64,000 nucleotides of DNA, taken from assembly GCA_035221665.1 (NCBI GenBank), contig CM069145.1, forward strand, positions 32,178,001-32,242,000. Reading direction: 5' to 3'. Each line of letters opens with the position of its first letter. Positions within the stretch are counted from its first letter, which is position 1. The notes below the pieces were generated by a model, which was given only the letters and a program-made list of their open reading frames with translations, ran no database searches and was not told the DNA's origin. A program made the translations under genes and the position numbers. This document shows positions 50,441 through 61,829 of this stretch, piece after piece. The DNA comes from Okamejei kenojei. Lineage: Eukaryota.

Positions 50441-52076
50441 TGACACTACAGTGATATTGCAGCTCAGACGATTTATCTCTTGCTTGAGTAGAAACACGGC
50501 AATAGGAACTGGTCCCTCTTCTTACGAAGCAGAGATGTTGACATGATGTTCAGGGTGCACAGAGAGCTGACTGTGAGATGGAAAAAGACAGCACTCCATC
50601 TGAGAGTCTGTAGGGTGGCTGAGGCTTAGGTCTGGAGGCTGCAATAATGGCAGAATGGTCAGAGTGATAGCAAATCATTGGACCATGGTGTGCGCTGGCA
50701 CATTGGACATCAGTCTGGGTTCAGGGCATATTTTTCTATCTCAATTCACAGGACATCAGCTTTGGCAGCAGCATGAATTTGGCCCAGGAGCTTCTTGTGG
50801 GTCATCAAAGATATCCGTGTAGTAAAAAAGAAGCATCTTCCAGCAGCCAGATTGCACCATGAAGGAGATACGATGAGGGTGGGTTGTACATGACACCTGC
50901 AAATAAGGAAATAAAACAGGAAAAGGAGGTCGGAGTCAAATGTAATGTCCTGACTTTTGTCCATATGGGAGGTTTGTGCAAATGCATTGTGCAAATGTCC
51001 CAGTGGGGGCATTCCCCCCACTGGGACTTAGTTAAGCATGGATGTGGCAAATTCAATCTAATCATGGTGGTAAATTCACCAGTAAATGATTGCCAGTGTG
51101 ATAAAAATTGATCTTTGCGAACTTTGCCTGTGAAAAGCCGGTATGAATCAATCGAATATCTCGGCTAATAAATAAAAAGTCTCTCCTTCATTGGCAGGTG
51201 TGGAAAGACAGGTGAATAATATTTAAACTTAAGTAATTGATGAAGCCACGTTGAGAAATGTAGCTAAGTAACAATCATATCGTTATCAAACTTGGCAATT
51301 TGACCGTGCACACAAAATGAAACCTGTTTCAGGGCAAATAATCCAATACCACATTTCATTCATGCAATGTGACATTTTAAGTTATTTGTAGGCCACAACT
51401 ATTACTATTCATTATACATGTTGCAGATCAATGAACCAGGGTACTATACACATCTATCTTACTACCTGGTAACAAGTTCAATTCAGTCAGGACAAAGTTT
51501 TGATAGTTGTTTTTTTTTAGATACTTAATTTGTTCCTGACTAGCTGGCAAGTGAAAGGCACATTGAACAAACAGTGCTTTCAGACAGAAGTAGTCTCCTC
51601 CAGGCCAACATTCCTCTCGGCCAAGCACAAATAGATTTTATATTTCATGCAGTCTGCACTGAACAAAAAAAGTGGTTACAATTGCAGATGAAATTAAATG
51701 AGGAGATAAAGAGAAATCTAAAGCAACAACCCAGGAACTGCAGAGTGAGTTAACAAAACATTGCATACTAGCAGGTTTAATTTAATGCAGAGATGTTCAA
51801 AGTCTTGCACATAAGAAAAAACAATAGGTGACCTGTACAAGTCATGAATAGTCTTCAAAGGGCTAAAGATAAAGTTGGAAGAGATCTCGGTGTCTTAAAA
51901 TACTCCATGTTCAATGAATCCCAATAAATATAGATTATCAATTAATAAAACTGACAGACCACTGAATTACATAGTTAAAGCACCAGGATAAAATTAGTAT
52001 AACTCAGAAAGGACCTAAATATATTAAGTGTATGAACTTTGAAAGATCACATTGGTTAAATTTTTTTTGAGAATAG

Positions 52077-52276
52077 TGTAGGAAGGAACTGCAGAAGCTG
52101 ACCGAAGATAGACACAAAATGCTGGAGTAACTCAGCAGGTCAGGCAGCATCTCTGGAGAAAAAGAATAGGTGATGTTTTGGGTCTGAAGAAGGGTTTAGA
52201 CCCAAAACGTCATCTGTCCTTTTTCTCCAGAGACACTGCTTGACCCGCTGAGTTGCACAGCATCTTGTGATTATCT
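52077..52276. mobile_element. Palindromic Penelope-derived mini-element
   Basis: Inverted copies of the terminal repeat joined at CTGAAGAAGGG. Flanked by TTTGAGAATAGT / TTTGAGATAGT. Confidence 0.7.
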
Positions 52277-52914
52277 TTGAGATAGTTATTTCTTTTGAAA
52301 GCTGAGAGTAGTAAGGAAATCATGGTTATTTACAAGAAAAGAAAGGATGTGAGCAAATAGATCTGTTAGGAAGTGACCTATGGAACAATCACAGAGAAAA
52401 TGTTGCAGTTCCGCTAAAGAAATTTCACTAAACTCAAGAAGAGCTTCAATGGAATTAATTTAGGTTCTTGGTTTCTTGGTCTTCCAAAATATTCCAAATG
52501 GAATTTAAACTGGAGGATGTTCTCTCATCACAGAAGCTGCCTGACCAATTATGCATTCCTAACATTTTCTCTTTTTAAATATTTGCTAACTAATTTCAGG
52601 AGTATTGTGATCATGTCTTGGCACCACTGTTTGGATAGGATGCCAAAGCAAAAGAGAGCAAATTAAGGCAATGGTGCTTGAGATGAAAGCCTTCAGCTTC
52701 ATGGAACTCCTACCTTCTCAATGCTGCTGATGAATCAAGGCCAATTAATTCCACCATAAGAAGTTCAAGGTGGTTGGGAGATTAAACATTGACACTCAGG
52801 GAAGTACAATGTGTGAAGCAAAGGTCAACTTTAAAATAGACAAAGGTGAAAGCGGGTACAGATTCAGCGGAGAAGCTGGCAAAATACATTCATATCTACA
52901 GGACACATTTCGGC

Positions 52915-53512
52915 ACAATGGCCTTCATCAGTCAGTGTATTGAGTATAGATGTTGGGAGGTAATGTTACATTGTACAAGACATTGGTGAGGCCATATTTA
53001 GAGTATGGTATTCAGTTTTGGTCACCCTGTTACAGGAGAGCTGCTGTAAAGCGTGCAGAGATGATTTACGAGGACGTTGCTAGAACCCGACGGTCTGAGT
53101 TGTTGGAAGATGTTGAGCAGGCTGGGACTTTATTCCTTGGAGTACATGAGGATGAAGGGTGATCTTATAGATATGTATAAGTTCATGAGAGGAATAGATA
53201 GGGTAAATGCACAGAGTCTTTTACCCAGAGTAGGGGAATCAAGAACCAGAGGACGGAGGTTTAAGGTTATCAAGGAAAGATTAATAGGAAACTGAGGGAC
53301 AACATTTTTACACAAAGGGTATATGGAACAAGTTGGCTGAGGAGGTATTTGAGGGAGGTACTATCACAATGTTTAAAAAACATTTGGACAGGTATGGGGA
53401 TAGGAAAAGTTTAGAGGTATATGGGCCAATTGCGGGTAGGTGGGACTAGTGTAGATGGGGCTTATTGGTCGGTGTGGTGAACTTGGGCTGAAGGGAAGGG
53501 CTTGTTTCCACG
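52915..53512 (+). mobile_element. CR1 3' fragment
   Basis: LYKTLVRPYLEYGIQFWSP...LGLYSLE..RMKGDLI. Confidence 0.88.
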
Positions 53513-54297
53513 AAATCTGATTGAACAATATAGCGTTGCAATTTATGTTTTCAACTAAAAGTACATAATATGATTTTTTTAAAGTGAAACCACAGAACTT
53601 AAGAACAATAGAATATTCATATTATTACACAATGTAAGCTTTGGATAATGGATAATAGTGTTATTTGACTCTCTCTTGTGTGCCATTCAGACTCAATCAT
53701 TTTCTCCCCCCATAACACAGTGAGGTCCATTGGCAATAACTTTATAATAAAAAAACTTATAATACTTTATTAGCAAATGATTTCATCAGTTCTCCTTTCT
53801 CTACCAAAAAGGATATTGAATTACTTCTGTGTTTTTAAAAAGAGCACATTTCCAGTTTTCTTTTGCCATGTAAGTGCTTGCATATGGTAGAGTGTATTTC
53901 CAAAGACAATAGCAGTCCCGCACGCAAGTGGCAGTTCAGCTTGGCCTGAACAATGCATGCCACGGAGATGCTGAAGCCAATTGAATTGTCCGCATTACCA
54001 CCCTAGTTAAGAATGAACAATTCATTACGGACCAAGAACTGAAACTGGCATTTTTCCAGTTTGCGTCATCTCACCAGTGGAGCGAGGACGTTGCACAACA
54101 GTTTGTTTCCACAAACACCTAAAAATTAAAGCTCACATCAGCATCTACAAACGACAATATTACGATGCTGCCTGACCCATTGAGTTACTCCAGCACAGTG
54201 TGTTCTGCGCAAGATTCTTACATCTGCTGTTCCTTGTGCTTCTATCATATTGATAAAATGCTCTTGGGTGCAGTAAACTAACTTTATTCACTCTCTT

Positions 54298-54422
54298 GGG
54301 GGTGGGAGATTGCAACCTTCATGTGGTCCACCCTCTTTAGATGAATGCAATCAACCTGGATCAAATAGAACAAGTTGTCCTACAACTTTAGGCTGTGCAG
54401 GCCATACACAAGAAGAAGAAGC
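54298..54422 (+). mobile_element. 125-bp non-autonomous retroposon with (AAG)n tail
   Basis: Exact 11-bp TSD TTCACTCTCTT (54287-54297, 54423-54433). A second 5' fragment lies at ~56255-56294. Confidence 0.75.
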
Positions 54423-54797
54423 TTCACTCTCTTCAGCAGCAAACACTGGTTCTTGTGAACAAAGCCAGATGAATGAAGATCTGCCCTCCAGTCATCATTT
54501 TCCTCACAACCATGATTGCTTGTGGATCACAATGTACACTGTATCTGCACAACCAAAAGCCACACGATTTCCTGGGGGAGTGAAAGCAACGGAAAAGCAA
54601 CCGGGTCGATGTACATAAAACACAGAACATAGCACCGTACAGCACAGGGACAGAGCCTTCGGCCCATGAAATATGTGCTGAACATGATGCCAAGTTAAAC
54701 TAATGCCTGCACATGATCCACATCCCTCCATTCCATTTACTGGCATGTTAAGAAAATTAAATGGGAAATGTACTCTCACCCTCGTGGGTGATAGGAA

Positions 54798-55955
54798 TCT
54801 TGTTGTCGTGTCGCTGCACTTTTCCAAGCCACTGCATAACGCAGGCTCTGGCACATGGGTTGAAGAGCTGGAGATCTTCTGGTTTGTAGGACTCTGGGAG
54901 GAGGGGGCAGGTAAGTAAGTGCTCCATGGTTTGGGTTATCTCCCCGCTGTCACATTCAGTTGATCCATCTTTGTTGTGCCCCCACTTCTGCATGAGGGCT
55001 TTGCACCATCCAACTCGTGTTCTGAGGAAATTGAGGCAGAGCCAGACTGGCCATGTCTCTTTCGCTCCCAATAGAAGGGACTCCTCAGGGTATAGTGAGT
55101 GTGTGTGGGGTTCTGATTGTAGGTGTGTCACCCAAACATCTATCCTACAGGTGTGGAGGTTATCGTTCAGGGGTTGAACTGCATGCCATAAGCTGTTTCT
55201 GGATTTTAACCCCTTTGGTGCCTGGAGGTGTTGGAAGAGTGGTTGACAAGGGTCAGCCTCCTGCTTGGTCCTTTGAGGACACTGCTCTTCTGATTGGTGG
55301 AGGTGCAATACCACACAGCAGGTACAGGTAGTCAACTCGTGAGGGTTTGAGGCAACCAGAGAAGGTTCTGCATGCCGCGTTTAGCAATGGATCCAACTTC
55401 TTGGCATGTGACAAACGTCCCCAGACTAGGCAGGCATATTTGGCTGCTGAATAGCATAGTGCAAGGGCAGTACTCTGGATGGTTCCTGGATCTGATCCCC
55501 ATTTAGAGTTGCCCAGCTTTCTCAGGATGTTGTTCCTGGCTCCTATCTTTGCTTTTGTCTTGATAATATGGTCTTTGTAGCTTAGGTGCAGTCCAAAGTA
55601 ACTCCTAGGTACATGGGTTTGGCTGAGTAGGCTAGACTCTTCCCATACCAGTGAACAGTTAATTTGCTGTTCGCATCACGGTTCTTAAGGTGGAAGGCGC
55701 TAATTTGTGTTTTGTCTGGGTTTGCCCTTAAATGATTTAGGGCATAGTAGTTGATCAGGCCGTCTAACACTTCAGTGAAGGGCTTCTCAAGTACTGCGAA
55801 GGACTGACACTGAGATGTGATACAGAGGTCATCAGCATACAGGAAGCTCCTGGTGCTTGGGTGGATGGGTTGGTCGTTGGTGTAAATGTTGAGAAGCAGA
55901 GGGGCAAGAACACTGCCTTGAGGAAGCCCATTCTTTTGTCTGCGCCATCTGCTGT
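54798..55955 (-). mobile_element. Vingi/Ingi-clade LINE 3' fragment
   Basis: NGLPQGSVLAP, FLYADDL, HLRANPDKTQISAFHL, YLGVTLD, C-terminal ECDSGEITQTMEHLLTCP (decayed CCHC). 3' end GACACGACAACAAG. Confidence 0.75.
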
Positions 55956-56319
55956 GAGTGGGTAATCAATGCTGGTGTGTGTGCGCCAAACCTGGCACTA
56001 CTACATTCAGGTTCTGTTGAACCAAAGTGATCTTTACAAACTTCCATGAATCGCAATTCCCCAAAAATGTTAATGAGTAGGTTCATACTCATGCATGTCT
56101 GATTTAGAAATATAGGTGCAACAGTTTGTTGCTTATTTTCTAATCTAAATTCCCACAACAAGATAAAATTGTTATATTTGCTCTCTTCGAAAAATCAGAT
56201 TTTAATCAACCAGGTTAATGGAGGGCAAGGAAAATCAATTCTAAACAGTTTAAGTGGGATGGAAGATTGCAACCTTCACGTGGTCCGCCCTGTTACATTT
56301 TCAAGTATCAGACTGCAAT

Positions 56320-56590
56320 GGGCAGGACAATGGTGCAACGGGGGAGCTGCTGCGCCAGGCACCTGGGTTCGATCCAGACCTCAGGTGTTGTCTGTGCAGA
56401 GTTTGCATGTTCTCCCCGTGATAGCATGGGTTTCTTCCCACATTCCAAAGACGCGTAGGTTTGAAGGTTATTTCTGTAAATTGCCCCTCGTGCGTAGGTG
56501 GTATAACCTGGAACTAGTGTGCGGGTGATCAATGGTGGGTCAAAATGCCTGTTCCTGCACTGTATCTCTAAACTAAACTAAACTAAACTA
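56320..56590 (+). mobile_element. HE1-type SINE
   Basis: B box GGTTCGATCC, core GAGTTTGCATGTTCTCCCCGTG, (AAACT)n tail. Confidence 0.88.
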
Positions 56591-58058
56591 TTATCTAAAA
56601 TGATGTGAAATAATTTAACATTGTTTTGACTTGTACTGAGGACAAATTGTTCATATTCAGCATAACACTGGTTGTAATTTGTAGCAGTTAAAATATTCAA
56701 CAAATCCTGGAAATGAAGAATCAAACAAATATAGGAGGAAGCACACAAAAATACTTGCGTCATTTCAAAAGAAAACTGCCGGCGATTTTGTTAACGTCCA
56801 AAGAGTGAGAACGAGTGTAATGTTTTGAAAGCAGATTATTCGTCCTTATTCAAAAACGTTAACCTGTTTACTTTTTCAGATGCAGATCATCTGGATCTGT
56901 GGTTGCTATTGGACAATTGAATGTGAAACGCAGCATGTCTGTTTACAAGTGTTGAGGGGCCTGTGTGCAGCTTAGTCCTTAAAATTATTGCACAGATTGG
57001 CAACTGTAACACCCAAAATGCATACCTTAGGAAAAAAGCCTTAACTGCATAATCATGAACCCACAAACATCTGACTGGAATGATACAAACTGTGGTTCAG
57101 ATATGTGTGGCTTCATGATCTACTCCGCAGACTGAGATCAGAATTACAGTCTCTTGCAAGCAACATTAAAGCAAGACCGTGTCTGCTCTGTGTGGATGAT
57201 CCCAAGCCAGAACTTCAAAGAAGTCCATGGCCGTCCGAAGTTGGGTGCGACCGCACCCCTCTTTTTTTCTAGAGGAAAACAAATTCCGAGGAAAAAAAAA
57301 TATATATATTTGCGACCATCCGCTCCCGCGCAGTGGGGGTAAGCTGGTGACCAAAGACGCAGAAGCGACGCAAAATGACTCTGCGTGTGTGCAGTGGGCG
57401 GGATCAGATCACCGCCATTTTCAATGCATCCCAGGCCTAGTTTGGGTGGGTGGGACCATGACATATTGCGTTGCGTTGCGGGAAGGGGGAATCTGGTTGT
57501 TTTATATCGAGGGTGTTAAACTACCTGCGAAGGGTCCAACCCGACCCGCGGGATGGTTTGGAAAAAAAAAGGACTTCCCGATTCTCCGGGGGCGGAGGTG
57601 CGGTGTGGTGTTTGCCCGCCCGGTCCATGGGCTCCATCCGCGGTGTCGGAGCCTCGCCTGCGGGTCCCATCCGCTGCTGGCGGTCGGTCTGGGAAGACCG
57701 TACTCCCGTCATCAGGCGGGAAGCGGGAAGGACTGAATATGAACCCAGTCCTGGCAGCGGCCGTGACCCGACACCAGGCGCTGCTCAGGCTGGGTCCACG
57801 CCACCACCCCCCCACACCCCCCGCCGGTCCCTTGCCCCCAACCCTTGCCTTTCCCACCCCCCCCCCCACCTTGCCTTTCCCACCCCCCAGCCAGGCCCCC
57901 CCCCCCCCCATTGTTTCTGGTCGGCAACGGCGACGGCTGTAGTGCGGGGTGACGCAATTGATTTTATTGTATTAATTTTAATATATTGGTTGAAAATCCA
58001 TACATTGAAGGAAGAATATTTTATAGTCCCTCTGTGGTCCTTAACCCCAACCCTAACC

Positions 58059-58278
58059 GGTCGTCGCCCGCAGGACAGCATACGTCAGCGTATGACAGGG
58101 CGCACGACATGATGAGACACCCAGATGTCGCCCCTGGATTTTGAACATTCCAAAACCCAGAGGTGACAGGGAGTCACCGCGCGTCACTACGTGCGTCACC
58201 ACGCATCCGGCCGCGTCACGACTCGATAACCTTTTTTCAGGCTGTCGCCGAAAATATCACCCAAGTGGGACAGGCCTT
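58059..58278. mobile_element. Harbinger MITE right end nested in the cargo
   Basis: Ends CCCAAGTGGGACAGGCCTT + TCA, the same TIR as 16809-17426. Abuts the truncated FAM110C frame. Confidence 0.75.
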
Positions 58279-59335
58279 TCACGCTGCGAAACTTGAGGGC
58301 AAGGTTTTCGAAGGCGGCGTCGGCGGCAAACTTCTCCCTGGCCAGGTTCTCGATCACCTCAGGCTCGAGTCCGCAGTGCTCGAAGAAACTGTCCAAGCCC
58401 GAGCAGGCTCGATAGAAGCAGCAGCTGAGGTCGGCGTGCGAGCGCCATAATCCGCCTTCACCAAACTGCCGCTTGAGCAGCTCCTTGGGGCGACCTGCTG
58501 CTGCTTCTCGTGGCGCTGCTGGCGTGGTTACTTGTGCACCCTGGGATGCTGCTGGCGAGGCTGCTGTTTCTCCCTGGAGTGCTGGTGGCGTGGCGACTGG
58601 TGCTTCCTGGGGCGCTGCTGGAGTGGTTACTTGTGCACCATTTGGGTGCTGCTGGTGTAGTTACTTGTGCACCCTGGGATGTTGCTGGAGAGGCTGCTGT
58701 TTCTCCCTGGAGTACTGCTCGTGTGGTTACTTGTGAACCCTGGAGTGCTGCTGGTGTGGTTACTTGTGCACCCTGGGGTGCTGCAGCCGCTGTACCCTCT
58801 GCTTCTCCCCTTCCGACATTGCTGCTCCTGTTGCCAGCCCTTGCTGCTTGTTGCCCCGGCCGCTAGAGCCGGGCAGCAGCCAACGGACCAGGCTGCCAGT
58901 GCTCTTGAAACTGTGGGCGCTGCTATTGGCCGCCGCTCCTCGCACAAACTTACACTTCTGCTGGTACATGACTAGCGAATCGGGCCTGAGCTGCCTTTTG
59001 GAGCTGGAGCAACGCACAATGTCAGGTGGGAGCCCCAGCTGCCCGCTGCTGGGGGCTGCCGGAGGCCAGGTTAGTCTTCATACCCTGCTGCCGCTGCCTT
59101 CCTCGGGGGCAGAGCTGCCCAAACCATTGGGCTCCACTTTGCACCCCCTTGCCTTCTGGCTCTTCAAGTTCTTGGCGTTGTCGGCAGCCAGTCTCTCCAC
59201 AACGCTCTGCCGACCCCGCCTGTCCCCCTCCATTTGACTGCGGAGGTAGCCGGGGCCCTTGGACATGAGCCTGAGCGGCAGAGAGATGCTCGCCTCAGGC
59301 AGCATGCTTGCAGTGGGCATGATCTCGCTCGGCAC
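58279..59335 (-). pseudogene. FAM110C: FAM110C-like pseudogene, C-terminally truncated
   Basis: N-terminal FAM110 motif PLRLMSKGPGYLRSQ...SVVERLAADNAKNLKSQ. FAM110C-type RPDSLVMYQQKCKFVRG. C-domain LWRSHADLS...LDSFFEHCGLEPEVIENLAREKF...LKFRSV. GTG at the start position, in-frame TGA at 59078-59080, two frameshifts, missing ERNARIIKWL tail. Confidence 0.88.
58505..58790. repeat. 30-bp tandem repeat inside the FAM110C copy, ~9 units
   Basis: Unit GCTGCTGGYGTGGTTACTTGTGCACCCTGG; the minus strand encodes PAAPQGAQVTT-like decamers. Confidence 0.9.
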
Positions 59336-59648
59336 CTTACTTTGATCCAGCCAACGAGGACAAACACGTTTTCACATCCGCAAAGAAGGAAAGACCAGGA
59401 CTTACATTTGGTGCAAAAACTCCAAAATAAGGCTCAGAATGCACCAGATTGCATCTAAAACCCAAAAGCTTTCAGGCCCTTAAGCGGGCCCTGGAACCCG
59501 GATGTGAGGGGCTTCCCGCTTGTGATGTGCACTGTGTGCACATTACTTCACATAACATTTTTGGAATCCTGTCATGCCACCCCCCTTTTTGAAAAGCTTC
59601 GTACGGGCCTGAAGTCCAAGGGAATTGCGCCCAGTGTATCTTTTTTTC

Positions 59649-59915
59649 TTAGTTTAGAGATACAGCGTGGAAAAAGGTCCTTTGGCCCACCAAGTTCATG
59701 CCCATACACTATCACAATCCCACACACACTTGGGACACTTTTACAAATCTTACCAAAGCCAATTAACCTACAAACCTGTATGTCTTTGGAATGTGGGGGG
59801 GGGAAACTGGAGCTCCCAGAGAAAACCTATGTGGTCACGGGGAGAAAGTACAAACTCCGTGCAGACAGTACCCTTAGTCACGATCAAACCCGGGCCTCTC
59901 AGCTCTGCAAGACAA
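59649..59915 (-). mobile_element. HE1-type SINE
   Basis: TTAGTTTAGAGATACAGCGTGGAAA...AATTAACCTACAAACC...GTACAAACTCCGT. Confidence 0.8.
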
Positions 59916-61305
59916 CTATACCAATGTGGATCTTGCTTAACATAATCGGGTGATTATTTCATGTGGAATCTTGCATTCTCTAAATTAACTGTTGCCTTTC
60001 CAGCATTACAACAAAATGTATATATTTGCCTGTAAAATGCTTTGGGACAACCTCAAATAAACTAAATGAATAAAATTCTTTGTTTAGCTGAAAACCATGT
60101 TGGACCCATTCGTTTTAGCTCCACCTAAGTATTTCTGTGGCTCCAACCAAAGCTTCCCCCTCTTCCTCTCTACACAATCTGTTTGCAATGGTCAACACCA
60201 TACTGTTTACAAGACTACAGCTAGCTACTTCAGTGCAGCTGATTGACTGAAATGAGCACAAATTAGTTGCTGCCATATTAATGGGGCAAGAATCGGTTTT
60301 AAATTGGAATCAGGAGGTAGGAGTTGTTCCTACAGACTTCACATCACAGCAGGTTAATTTACGTTGTTTAGTTAACGTGCATTAATTCAGAACAGCTGCA
60401 GAGTTTGAGCAAAGCTGAATTTATGACTGCATTGTAAACAAGGCTTCAGATTACAGATAATGTTATCCACAGAAATAATGCAAATGGGACTGTGCATCCC
60501 ACAAACTGCTTGAGCTGCAGGAAATTATGTCATTAGTATAGATGTTTCCACTTTATATTGCCTTGTCAGGGTCTTGATCTCGATGAAACATAGATTATCA
60601 GATGCTTTCTTGTACACTGTCTAATCTCAAGGAATAGTGGCCTAGACTATGCAATAATAATAATGATGAGGTTGTCAGCGCTAATCATTATTAAGGAAAA
60701 ATTGGATGGCAACTTCCACCAAGTGCGCAGTTCAGCATCAAAACTGGAAGGTTGCCCTGCTCTTCCCAAAGAAGTATCCCATCGATAAATTTGGCCTGTA
60801 CACACATGGAATTGCATGAAGCTGTAGTTAATGGTTACCAGATAACCATTAAACTCACTAGAACAGCTTGTGCACATTCATTCAAAACACAAATTAAAGA
60901 AGCCATGTGCCTCTTTCTTAACATTCTATTTTTTAACCAGAATTTCCTGGATTTCCTAGACTTTGATAAATATTCCAGGTTAATGTGGGATTCAATCCTG
61001 CAAGCTCACAAAGTTAACTTAGAGATATTGTCAAAAACCATCATTCCTCTTTCCCGTGTGATGTAATGTCCTCATCAATTCATGTTTACAAAAAGTAGAC
61101 CAAATCCAGTCAGGATATTTATTGGTTCAGCAGTCTGCCCTCAATCATTAGGACAGTAATGGAAGATGTTAATGATGGTGCTATCAAGCATCACTGTTCA
61201 CTTTCAACTTCTTATAGATGGTTTGTTTGGTTCCACCAATACAACATAGTTCCAAATCTTTTGTCCAAAAGCATAAACAAAAGAGCAAATTCCAGAGGTG
61301 AATGG

Positions 61306-61607
61306 AATAATAAGATTAAACGAGAACTTACCAGTTTGAAGTTTGATCTTTATTTTATGAGGAGTTACGATGAGGGATTACTTAAAGAAGCCCCGCAAGG
61401 CGCATGCGCGTCATACTTCAAAGCAGCGGTGTGAAAACGCAGTAACTATAGTCAAAGTGATATAGTAAGACCCAGAAGACTAGAACTACCAGATGATCTT
61501 TGCGATTATGAGGGTCGGGAGCGGAGGGCACGTAATCCCTCATCGTAACTCCTCATAAAATAGAGATCAAACTTAAAACTGGTAAGTTCTCGTTTAATCT
61601 TACTATT
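61306..61607. repeat. DIRS terminus / internal complementary region inverted repeat
   Basis: 61306-61381 is the reverse complement of 61532-61607 with about 3 mismatches. Confidence 0.9.
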
Positions 61608-61829
61608 TTACTTCGGAGTCACGTGAGTGACTACGTGAAGATTTCAAAGCTCTGCGATTTCATGTCGTAGATCCATTCCATACAACACACTGCTTCAGTT
61701 GACACAGGAATGAACAAATAATGTATTGAACATTGCTCAAATTATTCAATAAACATTTTAAATAATAAACAAACCAGTAATAACCCCTCTATCCCAGGGT
61801 GAAATTACAAATGAAATTTACAAAATAAA

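Larger units (their letters stand above)
57226..59611. mobile_element. Non-autonomous TIR DNA transposon (hAT-like ends) carrying a FAM110C fragment
   Basis: TIRs CATGGCCGTCCGAAG / CTTCGTACGGGCCTG (12/15). Flanking direct repeat AAGTC (57221-57225, 59612-59616). Sharp GC/CpG rise between the ends. Confidence 0.7.

Noticed and set aside
54298-54422. HDV-like ribozyme in the short retroposon
   Set aside because: Only one 7-bp stem found. No P1.1/P2/P3 pseudoknot could be built by eye.
57144-58112. Several 100-213-aa ORFs in the GC-rich left part of the TIR element
   Set aside because: No domain motifs, overlapping in all frames, explained by high GC and C-runs.
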